DNA of 32,000 bases, taken from the NCBI RefSeq assembly GCF_001545095.1, contig NZ_CP013213.1, positions 1,860,001 through 1,892,000 of the forward strand, given 5' to 3'. Below are positions 17,713 to 26,326 of this stretch, piece by piece. The notes beneath the pieces are model-generated. The model worked only from the letters and a program-made list of their open reading frames with translations. It was not told the DNA's origin and made no database searches. Positions within the stretch are counted from its first letter, which is position 1, and every line of letters begins with the position of its first letter. A program made the position numbers and the translations under genes. The stretch comes from Erysipelothrix larvae. Its GTDB lineage: Bacteria; Bacillota_I; Bacilli_A; Erysipelotrichales; Erysipelotrichaceae.

Positions 17713-17759
17713 AAAAAAACCCTTCGTAATCGGGGCGGATTGTCCGTCATTACGAAGGG
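17713..17759 (-). terminator. rho-independent terminator of the giant adhesin gene
   Basis: 11-bp stem CCCTTCGTAAT (17720-17730) / ATTACGAAGGG (17749-17759). On the minus strand it is followed by T7 (17713-17719). Confidence 0.8.
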
Positions 17760-17819
17760 TGAAAACACATGTTTTGTATTCATATTATCATGATAGGTTC
17801 ATCATGCGATCGTGGTTGT

Positions 17820-20800
17820 TTAAACCTTCTTGCGTTTGCGCTTAGTTGGTTTATAACTTGTCATCATCATGACAGCACCCAAGCCAATGAGATATGCAGG
17901 TGTTCTTGATTGAGAAACACCCGTTAATGGTAAATCGGTGCTTGGTTTTGATTCAGGACCACTTACCTGTGGCTCACTTGGTGTAGACGGCACTTCTTGA
18001 GATGGAACATCACCATCATAACTATCTTTCGTAATAATTCCATAGTAACTGAAAGACGTTGCGATGAAGGTAATTACACCATCTTTTAATGTTGCGTCAA
18101 TGTACTCAAGTGTTCCATCTTTTAGTTGATGGACAATCATGATTTCAGTGCCTTCTTCAAACTCAATGCCTTCAAATACAAGGGTCACGACATCGCCTTC
18201 TTTAAGAATATGTCTGTCCCCAGTTAATGTATTGAGTAGGTAAATATCAAAGAGATACAGAACATCATATGCCTCAATACTTTCACGAATGCTTTCAAAA
18301 TCAGTTGCTTGTTGAGAAAGTTCTTCTACAACAAGTCGAATATCCCAGTTCAGTCCTTCAACTGTAGCCTGTTCAGTCGTGTGGTTAATGATTCCTGCTT
18401 GCACTTGTGCTTCTACCAGTTGTTCCTTAACTTCATCCGGTAATTGTGCTTTTTCTTCTTCACTGAGTGCATTAAATGCATTCACTGTTTCCGCAACAGC
18501 ATCCGCAAAACTCACCGCATCATGTCGTTCCATTTCTAATTCAGGTAAAGGCATGGATCTCACTACTTTTTCAACTGAACTAATAACGGTTTCAAGTTCC
18601 TTGGTTTTCTCGATTACCATGGACCCTTTTGTAAAGGTTACGGTATAGTTATCGTTTGTGAACGGACCATCTTCCACAATATCATGAGTTCCTACAGAAG
18701 TTCCGTTTACTTTTAGTGACCCTTGTAAGGTATCATTTCCTACAAGTCCACTTACTTTAAACGTTAAGGTAGGTAAAGTCTCACCAAATGTCATGGATTG
18801 ATCATCTGCAGTTACAGTTGCATTTTTACGGTTTACTGTAATGGTTGCACTTGCAGTGCCTTGTGTGTATTCGGCATCACTGGCTTGTGTGACAGTGAGG
18901 GTTACATCTGTAGTATTGGTTGCACCATGAATGGTTACAACCCCATTTGCATCAACAGATACAATACTTGGATGAGAACTACGCCATGTAAGAGCTCCTG
19001 TTCCTGTATTACCACTCAGTAGGGTGTTTAGATCAAAGGTTGCATCCCCATATGTTTTCTCAATTGACCCATCACTAAGATTTAGATTTGTTTGAATCTT
19101 ATTGATGGTAAGGGTAATGGTTGTGTTTGATGGTGTATCACTACCTGTTGATGGTGTTGTAGTAACACCTAGAGGATAATATGAAACATCAAAGGTATGC
19201 GTTCCAACAGACAGTGTCTTAAGGTATGCATTGGTGAATGTGATTGCATTTGATCCAACACGAACTTGAGTTGTATCCAGTAGAGCACTTGAATCACTGT
19301 TATTCACAATCTGTTTCACCGTATTGCCGTTCATATCAACAGTTAAACTGAGATCATTCGATTGATCTTTTGTGAAGCTTGCACTTGCAGTTTGTTGACT
19401 ATCGACATAGACAACCAGACCATCAGAATTGATCACTGTAACATTGCCTGCGTTATCCGTAATCCGTGCATAAACAACCCCTTTAAAGTTTGGGGTAATT
19501 GTAAAGCTTCCACCACTTGATATCGACGTCATTTGAGTCAGTGCTCTAAGATCTGATTCAATGAGTTCACTTTCAGATACTACGTATTCAAGTGTTGGAA
19601 CACTATTTGGTTCTTTATCAGAAGCTGTAATTGTTACGGTGAGTGAATTCTTACCAAAAAGACCAAAGGTTATTGTATTCAGGAATGAATCCCACAGTGA
19701 GTTCTTAATGGTAATGCTACCTGTAGGTGCATTATCACCAATCACCATGGTTCCCTTATTAAAAGTTACGGTATAGTTATCGTTTGTAAACGAAGCATCT
19801 TCCACAATATCATGGGTCCCTACAGAAGTATCTGTAACTTTTAGTGACCCTTGTAAGGTATCATTTCCTACAAGTCCTTCCACGTTATAGGTCAAGATAG
19901 GTAAAGTCTCACCATACAGCATGGATTGATCATCTACATTTACAGTTGCATTTTTACGGTTTACTGTAATGGTTGCACTTGCAGTGCCTTCTGTGTATTC
20001 AGCATCACTGGCTTGTGTGACAGTGAGGGTTACATCTGTAGTATTGGTTGCACCATGGATGGTTACCAACCCATTTGTATCAACAGATACAATACTTGGA
20101 TGAGAACTACGCCATGTAAGAGCCCCTGTTCCTGTATTACCACTCAGTAGGGTGTTTAGATCAAAGGTTGCATCCCCATATGTTTTCTCAATTGACCCAT
20201 CACTAAGATTTAGATTTGTTTGAATCTTATTGATCGTAAGGGTAATGGTTGTCTTTGATGGTGTATCACTACCTGTTGATGGTGTTGTATCAACACCTAG
20301 AGGATAATATGAAACATCAAAGGTATGCGTTCCAACAGACAGAGTCTTAAGGTATGCATTGGTGAATGTGATTGTATCTGTTCCAACAATTACTTGAGTT
20401 GAATCCAGTAGAGCACTTGAATCACTATTATTCACAATCTGTTTCACCGTATTGCCATTCATTGCAACAGCTACACTGAGATCATTCGATTGATCTTTCG
20501 TGAAGCTTGCACTTGCAGTTTGTTGACTATCGACATAGACAACCAGACCATTAGAACTGATTACTGTAACATTGCCTGCGTTATCCGTAATCCGTGCATA
20601 GACAACCCCTTTAAAGTTTGGGCTAATTGTAAAGCTTTCACCACTTGATATCGACGTCATTTGAGTCAGTGCTCTAAGGTCTGATTCACTGAGTTCACTT
20701 TCAGATACTACGTATTCAAGTGTTGGAACACTATTTGGTTCTTTGTCAGAAGCTGTAATTGTTACGGTGAGTGAATTCTTACCAAAAAGACCAAAGGTTA

Positions 20801-23800
20801 TTGTATTCAGGAATGAATCCCACAGTGAGTTCTTAATGGTAATGCTACCTGTAGGTGCATTATCACCAATCACCATGGTTCCCTTATTAAAAGTTACGGT
20901 ATAGTTATCGTTTGTAAACGAAGCATCTTCCACAATATCATGGGTCCCTACAGAAGTATCTGTAACTTTTAGTGACCCTTGTAAGGTATCATTTCCTACA
21001 AGTCCTTCCACGTTATAGGTCAAGATAGGTAAAGTCTCACCATACAGCATGGATTGATCATCTACATTTACAGTTGCATTTTTACGGTTTACTGTAATGG
21101 TTGCACTTGCAGTGCCTTGTGTGTATTCGGCATCACTGGCTTGTGTGACAGTGAGGGTTACATCTGTAGTATTGGTTGCACCATGAATGGTTACAACCCC
21201 ATTTGCATCAACAGATACAATACTTGGATGAGAACTACGCCATGTAAGAGCTCCTGTTCCTGTATTACCACTCAGTAGGGTGTTTAGATCAAAGGTTGCA
21301 TCCCCATATGTTTTCTCAATTGACCCATCACTAAGATTTAGATTTGTTGGAATCTGATTGATGGTAAGGGTAATGGTTGTGTTTGATGGTGTATCACTAC
21401 CTTCTGATGGTGTTGTATTAACACCTAGAGGATAATATGAAACTTCAAAGGTATGCGTTCCAACAGACAGTGTCTTAAGGTATGCATTGGTGAATGTGAT
21501 TGTATCTGTTCCAACAATAACTTGAGTTGAATCCAGTAGAGCACTTGAATCACTGTTATTCACAATCTGTTTTACCGTATTGCCATTCATTTCAACAGCT
21601 ACCCTGAGATCATTCGATTGATCTTTTGTGAAGCTTGCACTTGCAGTTTGTTGACTATCAACATAGACAACCAGACCATCAGAATTGATCACTGTAACAT
21701 TGTCTCCATTATCCGTAATCCGTGCATAGACAACCCCTTTAAAGTTTGGGCTAATTGTAAAGCTTCCACCACTTGATATCGACGTCATATTAGTCAGTGC
21801 TTTAAGGTCTGATTCACTGAGTTCACTTTCAGATATAACATATTCAACGGACTTAATTCCTGACTCGTTATCCGTAGCTGATAGTGTTACTTGCAGGGTG
21901 TTCTTGCCAAATATACCAAAGGTTATTGAATTAATAAACGTATTCCATACGGATTGTTTTGTTGAGATTGTACCACTTGGTGGTGTATTATCAAGTGTTC
22001 TTATTCCATCACTCACAGATACCGCGCCGGTTTCATAATTTGAGTTTGAAACACTTCGTGCAAAGATATAGTATTCTGTCCATTCTTGAAGTCCTGTAAA
22101 CTGGGTACTTGATTGCCATGTTCCCGGTGTTGTTGAATTGGTCCCAATAGCATATTCAATGGATTGCCCAGTTTGGGATTCTAAAGCTCCTTCATTTACG
22201 GTAATGCTGCTAGCAGTAGTTTCTGAAGCACTTGGTTTATTTACCTTAGCACCCGCTGCTTTATTTACCGTAAGTTCAACTTTGATGTCCTTAACTGTTT
22301 TATAGAAATCGTCGTTTGGCGTAAAAACAGCAAGTGCTTCTACTTTGCCTGTATCATAGACTTCACCTGGATTTATCCACTCAAAGGTTCCTTCAACGTC
22401 TAGATTGCTCACACTATCGTATACTTTACCAGAAAGTGTTGAATCAGATAGTGTTTGTCCATAGGTAAGATCTGTTGAACTTATCTCGTTCACCACAACA
22501 TCTCTTTGACTTACAGCTACTGCATTTTTGGATTGTGTCTCATGTATTCCACTGCTAAAAGCTTTGAGTTCTGGATAGTAAAACACTGTATCGTCACTAT
22601 CTCGTTTGGTCCAATTTGATGAATCAAAGGATCCCATCACACCATCTTTTGTTAGTACACCTGCACTAATAAGACTTGATGTTGTTACACCTAAGGATGT
22701 ATCACCGGTTGAGTTACCAAAAGGATGTGTTTGATTTGTTGACTCTTTATCAAAGAATACTGATATTACAGTGTTTGGTATAGAATCATTCCCTGATATA
22801 CCACCAATATAACTTGAATCGGATGATTCATTAAGTTCAACACTTCCAGCAGCATAAATGTTTGTTAAGCTACTGTTATTTGTTGATTCACCTGCAAACC
22901 CTCCGACTTCGTTATCTCCAACTACTTTTGAGGTCGAAAAAGAATTCTCAATAATACCATCGTGATGCCCTGCAAACCCTCCGACTTCATATTGACCCAA
23001 TACCTTACCTGATGAGAATGAGTTGCTAATGGTATCAGGATTATACCCCACAAAGCCACCCACACTACTATTACCTTGTACATCATTACTTGCGAAACAT
23101 TCTGATATTTCTCCATAATTCTCGCCAACAAAACCACCAGCAGAAGCATAAGTTCCCTCAACCTTGGAAGTCGTATATGAAGTAAAGATTTTATCATGAT
23201 TATCACCAATAAAGCCACCTAAAACATCTTCCCCTACAACACTACCAGTAGAATAGCAATCAGATATTTCATCCCAATTGTAACCAACAGCCCCACCTAC
23301 CGTATATTTTCCTGTGACACTACCAGTAGAATAAGAACCAGAAATTGGACCACCATTGTTACCTACAAGACCACCAACATAAGACTCACCTTCGACACTA
23401 CCAGTAGAATAAGATCCAGAAATTTGACCCTCATTGATACCTACAAGACCTCCAACACTAGAAACTCCTTTTATTGTTCCAGTGAATGTACAGTTGTCAA
23501 TAAGACCTTCTTCCAATCGACCTACTAAACCACCCACTAATTCATTACCAGTAATACCATTATCATGTGTTACTATGCTCAGGTTTAATATTGTTGCATT
23601 ATTAGCATAACCAAAAAAGCCAATATCATTATTTTTGGATTGTTCAATCCAAAGACCAGTTACTTTATGATTGTCACCATCAAGGGTTCCAGTAAATGGA
23701 GCATCTTCAGTTCCAATAGGAACCCATCCGTTTGGTGTGTTTTCTAGCAAATCTGTAAGGTCGATATCCTCAGTGAGAACAAAGTAAGCATCTAAGTGTT

Positions 23801-24581
23801 CTCTAATATGGTTAAGTTGTTTAGCATTTGATATTTCAAATGGACTTTCCTTAGTACCTTCACCATCAACAAATATTTCTTCATTATCCTGCAAAGTAGT
23901 ATCACTATAAATGCTCACACTTTTTTTTGATTCTTTCACGAATACATCATTATCAGATTCAATAAATACTTTTAATTCTGGATAGTATGTGACTTCCAGT
24001 TCGTGTATGTCATTTGATATTGGCTGGCTTTGAATTACGAACGAATCGCCTAATATATTCTTCGAAGTATTACTTATCATTTCTGATGTTGTTAGTCCTG
24101 TTATGTCCTGGGGTTTCACGGCATATCCAACCCCATTGGTTGTTTGTGACGATTCTATATCATATACACATTCAATCAGTAGCCCATTAGCTTGTTCATC
24201 ATCAGACATTGAACTAACCCCTAAAAATCCACCCACATCTTGAGTCTTAGTTACTTTTCCAATGCTATAACTATTTCGCACAGTACCGTCATTATCACCT
24301 ATGAACCCACCGACAAGTTCTCCGTTAAGAACATCTCCGGTAGAGTAACATTCTGAAATTCTACTATTCTCGCTATTCCACGAAACAAAACCACCTGCAG
24401 TAGTACTACCTGTGACATTTCCAGTTGAAAAACTGTTTTTTATATCTCCAAAATTCCACCCAACAAACCCTCCTGCACTAAACCTAGATATCACTGTGCT
24501 TGTGGAAAATGATGTATTAATGATACCGTCATTTGAACCCACGAACCCACCAACTGAAAAGCTACCTTTTACATGTCCCAT
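17820..24581 (-). CDS. giant GLUG/FN3-like/Ig-like/X2-like/Big_2/MBG surface adhesin with an LPLTG anchor (2253-codon segment downstream of an in-frame TGA)
   Basis: Many GG[FL][IV]G GLUG-type repeats, a second copy of the head module, three repeats of 376 aa, then LPLTG, a hydrophobic helix and KRKRKKV. There is no SD or signal peptide at the listed ATG. It is in the same frame as 24666..25232. Confidence 0.9.
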   Translation of the reverse strand: MGHVKGSFSVGGFVGSNDGIINTSFSTSTVISRFSAGGFVGWNFGDIKNSFSTGNVTGSTTAGGFVSWNSENSRISECYSTGDVLNGELVGGFIGDNDGTVRNSYSIGKVTKTQDVGGFLGVSSMSDDEQANGLLIECVYDIESSQTTNGVGYAVKPQDITGLTTSEMISNTSKNILGDSFVIQSQPISNDIHELEVTYYPELKVFIESDNDVFVKESKKSVSIYSDTTLQDNEEIFVDGEGTKESPFEISNAKQLNHIREHLDAYFVLTEDIDLTDLLENTPNGWVPIGTEDAPFTGTLDGDNHKVTGLWIEQSKNNDIGFFGYANNATILNLSIVTHDNGITGNELVGGLVGRLEEGLIDNCTFTGTIKGVSSVGGLVGINEGQISGSYSTGSVEGESYVGGLVGNNGGPISGSYSTGSVTGKYTVGGAVGYNWDEISDCYSTGSVVGEDVLGGFIGDNHDKIFTSYTTSKVEGTYASAGGFVGENYGEISECFASNDVQGNSSVGGFVGYNPDTISNSFSSGKVLGQYEVGGFAGHHDGIIENSFSTSKVVGDNEVGGFAGESTNNSSLTNIYAAGSVELNESSDSSYIGGISGNDSIPNTVISVFFDKESTNQTHPFGNSTGDTSLGVTTSSLISAGVLTKDGVMGSFDSSNWTKRDSDDTVFYYPELKAFSSGIHETQSKNAVAVSQRDVVVNEISSTDLTYGQTLSDSTLSGKVYDSVSNLDVEGTFEWINPGEVYDTGKVEALAVFTPNDDFYKTVKDIKVELTVNKAAGAKVNKPSASETTASSITVNEGALESQTGQSIEYAIGTNSTTPGTWQSSTQFTGLQEWTEYYIFARSVSNSNYETGAVSVSDGIRTLDNTPPSGTISTKQSVWNTFINSITFGIFGKNTLQVTLSATDNESGIKSVEYVISESELSESDLKALTNMTSISSGGSFTISPNFKGVVYARITDNGDNVTVINSDGLVVYVDSQQTASASFTKDQSNDLRVAVEMNGNTVKQIVNNSDSSALLDSTQVIVGTDTITFTNAYLKTLSVGTHTFEVSYYPLGVNTTPSEGSDTPSNTTITLTINQIPTNLNLSDGSIEKTYGDATFDLNTLLSGNTGTGALTWRSSHPSIVSVDANGVVTIHGATNTTDVTLTVTQASDAEYTQGTASATITVNRKNATVNVDDQSMLYGETLPILTYNVEGLVGNDTLQGSLKVTDTSVGTHDIVEDASFTNDNYTVTFNKGTMVIGDNAPTGSITIKNSLWDSFLNTITFGLFGKNSLTVTITASDKEPNSVPTLEYVVSESELSESDLRALTQMTSISSGESFTISPNFKGVVYARITDNAGNVTVISSNGLVVYVDSQQTASASFTKDQSNDLSVAVAMNGNTVKQIVNNSDSSALLDSTQVIVGTDTITFTNAYLKTLSVGTHTFDVSYYPLGVDTTPSTGSDTPSKTTITLTINKIQTNLNLSDGSIEKTYGDATFDLNTLLSGNTGTGALTWRSSHPSIVSVDTNGLVTIHGATNTTDVTLTVTQASDAEYTEGTASATITVNRKNATVNVDDQSMLYGETLPILTYNVEGLVGNDTLQGSLKVTDTSVGTHDIVEDASFTNDNYTVTFNKGTMVIGDNAPTGSITIKNSLWDSFLNTITFGLFGKNSLTVTITASDKEPNSVPTLEYVVSESELIESDLRALTQMTSISSGGSFTITPNFKGVVYARITDNAGNVTVINSDGLVVYVDSQQTASASFTKDQSNDLSLTVDMNGNTVKQIVNNSDSSALLDTTQVRVGSNAITFTNAYLKTLSVGTHTFDVSYYPLGVTTTPSTGSDTPSNTTITLTINKIQTNLNLSDGSIEKTYGDATFDLNTLLSGNTGTGALTWRSSHPSIVSVDANGVVTIHGATNTTDVTLTVTQASDAEYTQGTASATITVNRKNATVTADDQSMTFGETLPTLTFKVSGLVGNDTLQGSLKVNGTSVGTHDIVEDGPFTNDNYTVTFTKGSMVIEKTKELETVISSVEKVVRSMPLPELEMERHDAVSFADAVAETVNAFNALSEEEKAQLPDEVKEQLVEAQVQAGIINHTTEQATVEGLNWDIRLVVEELSQQATDFESIRESIEAYDVLYLFDIYLLNTLTGDRHILKEGDVVTLVFEGIEFEEGTEIMIVHQLKDGTLEYIDATLKDGVITFIATSFSYYGIITKDSYDGDVPSQEVPSTPSEPQVSGPESKPSTDLPLTGVSQSRTPAYLIGLGAVMMMTSYKPTKRKRKKV
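18612..21995 (-). repeat. three tandem copies of a 1128-bp (376-codon) coding repeat
   Basis: The antisense ORFs at 18798, 19926 and 21054 are spaced exactly 1128 nt apart and have near-identical translations. Direct comparison of 18781.., 19909.. and 21037.. shows only scattered substitutions. Boundaries are approximate. Confidence 0.9.
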
Positions 24582-24665
24582 AGAATAACTATTTGTAATT
24601 AAGCTAGAGTCCCCCCCAAAAACCCAAGCAATAAATCCCCCAACAGTATCCTCTCCTGTTACGGT

Positions 24666-25172
24666 TCATATTGTATAGCAATTATCAATCTGTACATTTT
24701 CTGCGATTGAAGCTAATATCCCAATAGTATTTACCCCTATTATATTTTTTTCTTCGTCTGTAACAACACCTAAGTTCTTTATTGTACCACCCTTAATCCA
24801 ACCAAAAAAACCTAGTTCAAACCCGGCATTGATCCATAGCCCAGTAACTTGATGATTGTTACCATCAAGGGTTCCAGTAAAAGGATCATCTTCAGTTCCA
24901 ATAGGAACCCATCCTTTTGGTGTGTTTTCTAGGAAAACTGTAAGGTCGATATCATTATCGAGTTTATAGTGTTTATCGAGACCATATCGAATCTCATCCA
25001 ATTGTTTTGCTGTTTGGATGATGTATGGATTCTCTGCTGTACCATTTCCTCCTGCAAAGCCATTACTATCCCCGGTTGCGTATGCAATACTTGTCGATGT
25101 ATTGGTTATGACTAATGTCACAATTAGTAAAAGACCAATCACCTTTTTTTGGATATTATTAAAATTTACCAC
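24666..25172 (-). CDS. N-terminal signal peptide and head of the giant adhesin (segment upstream of the in-frame TGA)
   Basis: The likely start is the GTG at 25172, 8 nt after SD GGAGG. The ORF-track start at 25232 has no SD. Signal peptide KKVIGLLLIVTLVITNTSTSIAYA, then the head NPYIIQ...DIDL...GWVPIG...NHQVTGLW. It ends at the TGA at 24666-24668. Confidence 0.75.
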   Translation of the reverse strand: MVNFNNIQKKVIGLLLIVTLVITNTSTSIAYATGDSNGFAGGNGTAENPYIIQTAKQLDEIRYGLDKHYKLDNDIDLTVFLENTPKGWVPIGTEDDPFTGTLDGNNHQVTGLWINAGFELGFFGWIKGGTIKNLGVVTDEEKNIIGVNTIGILASIAENVQIDNCYTI

Positions 25173-25284
25173 ACTTTTTGCCTCCTTCTTGTGAGAAGAT
25201 AAACCATCAGATTTAACTAAAATCAAACACACAATCTTCTACCTAAATGATACACTTTTCGAAGATATTTTTGCTTAAATAAAG

Positions 25285-25300
25285 TTTCGTTATAACGAAA
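25285..25300. promoter_or_regulatory. second copy of the palindrome TTTCGTTATAACGAAA, upstream of the giant adhesin gene
   Basis: Identical 16-mer. The conserved block extends to AATAAA(A/G)TTTCGTTATAACGAAA at both loci (16281-16303 and 25278-25300). Confidence 0.45.
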
Positions 25301-25881
25301 GAATGTTTTTGTATGGGGTTGCAATAAGGGTGTTTAGAAGCTTTCTGTTCATTATTTTATTTTATAAACCAAGACTCGAAATGAATGAGGCACTCATGTC
25401 TTTCGTTGATCTGTTTAAAGAATTTTGTGAACCGTATACTATTGGAGTGTTTGATTTTTATCTAGGGGGTTTTTTAAAAGTGTATTCTTTGCTGAGAAGC
25501 GTGTTGTTTCAAGTGATTATGGCGTGTGGAGCAGTTGAGGAATTTACTGATGGTTTAGGGAACTATTCTTGATAGTATGTATCCAATAGATCCTTATACA
25601 CAGGGTTCAAGTTAATGGTTTGAAGATTGCATTAACAAACGCTCGTGTTTTCAAGAAAGAAGGCACGAGAAATTTATACGTGTGGCTACGCTTTGATCAT
25701 CATCACGACACCCAGCAATCCATCCCTTTATCGATGAATAGTGTATTGAATTTGCTGATGTTTGGTATAAAGAAGTCTCACTTAAGGTAAGATCGCATTT
25801 CTGCCTTGAGGTTCATGTTTGTAACGGGTTGATTGGGTATATGACACAATCTTTTTATGTTCAAGTATGCTAGACATAACA

Positions 25882-25915
25882 AAAGCTGTGAGTTATCAAA
25901 ATGAATCACAGCTTT
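25882..25915 (-). terminator. terminator of the AKR-flavodoxin-NTF2 operon
   Basis: 10-bp stem AAAGCTGTGA (25882-25891) / TCACAGCTTT (25906-25915). On the minus strand it is followed by TGTTATG, making a TTTTGTT run with the last Ts of the stem. Confidence 0.7.
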
Positions 25916-25966
25916 AGGTTATTATTTAATGAAATACATGCTATCGCTTTTAGTCTAAACCGTGTC

Positions 25967-26326
25967 TTAATACAGGATCTTTGTGAATGACATTGAGATA
26001 CACTGAGTTAAGGTATCACTTTGTTTGTAGACTTCAGTCACTACAAAGCGGTTTGTGACTTCATTGTTTCCCACAACCGCACATAGGGTCAATGTATTAA
26101 GGAGTACGGATACATCGCCATACTCATGAAGTGTACTTGCTTCAAAGGTGACATCTTTATAGACGATGCCTTTATTGATGACGGTGTCAATTTCTTGATC
26201 GCGAGTCATGGTTGCTCCCATGTGAACAAAGATTGCATTTGGGTGTAACACTTGAGTGAGCAGTGCTTGATCTTGTGTTTTAAGTCCGGTCCATAGTTGG
26301 TTGGATGTTTCGTGTGTGTTGATCAT
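25967..26326 (-). CDS. NTF2-like / SnoaL-DUF4440-type small protein
   Basis: 119 aa with an alpha+beta cone-like pattern. The start overlaps the upstream stop by 4 nt (ATGA). The family call is from recalled similarity only. Confidence 0.5.
   Translation of the reverse strand: MINTHETSNQLWTGLKTQDQALLTQVLHPNAIFVHMGATMTRDQEIDTVINKGIVYKDVTFEASTLHEYGDVSVLLNTLTLCAVVGNNEVTNRFVVTEVYKQSDTLTQCISMSFTKILY

Noticed and set aside
18379-21278. Plus-strand ORFs of 71-89 aa (18379, 18798, 19561, 19926, 21054), including three near-identical 74-aa Cys-rich translations.
   Set aside because: They are antisense to the giant adhesin gene. They recur only because the underlying 1128-bp coding repeat recurs, they have no SD, and their composition is typical of reverse-frame artefacts.
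18612-21995. Large exact-period repeats that could be taken for a CRISPR array or a mobile-element duplication.
   Set aside because: The period is 1128 bp with no short repeat/spacer structure. The repeats are in frame inside one CDS and encode protein domains. No transposase, integrase or terminal inverted repeats are present.
22922-23218. A 98-aa minus-strand ORF inside the giant adhesin gene, and the nested ORF 16623..16865 inside the GT2 gene.
   Set aside because: Both are alternative frames of strongly supported longer CDSs. Neither has independent signals.
24666-24668. TGA aligned to an invariant Gly of the repeat, which could suggest an alternative genetic code (code 25 TGA=Gly, or code 4 TGA=Trp).
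   Set aside because: Every other long gene in the window is uninterrupted under the standard code, including the 2253-codon ORF itself. TGA also terminates LtaS-like copy 3 at the position where its paralogs end. A GGA-to-TGA substitution explains the observation more simply. In the same way, TAG is the normal stop of adhesin 1 (13410) and of both left-edge genes.
25303-25572. An 89-aa plus-strand ORF divergent from the giant adhesin gene.
   Set aside because: It has no SD, starts immediately after the palindrome, and has an odd F/L/V-rich composition with no recognisable motif. I left it uncalled and noted it only within the long-gap finding.
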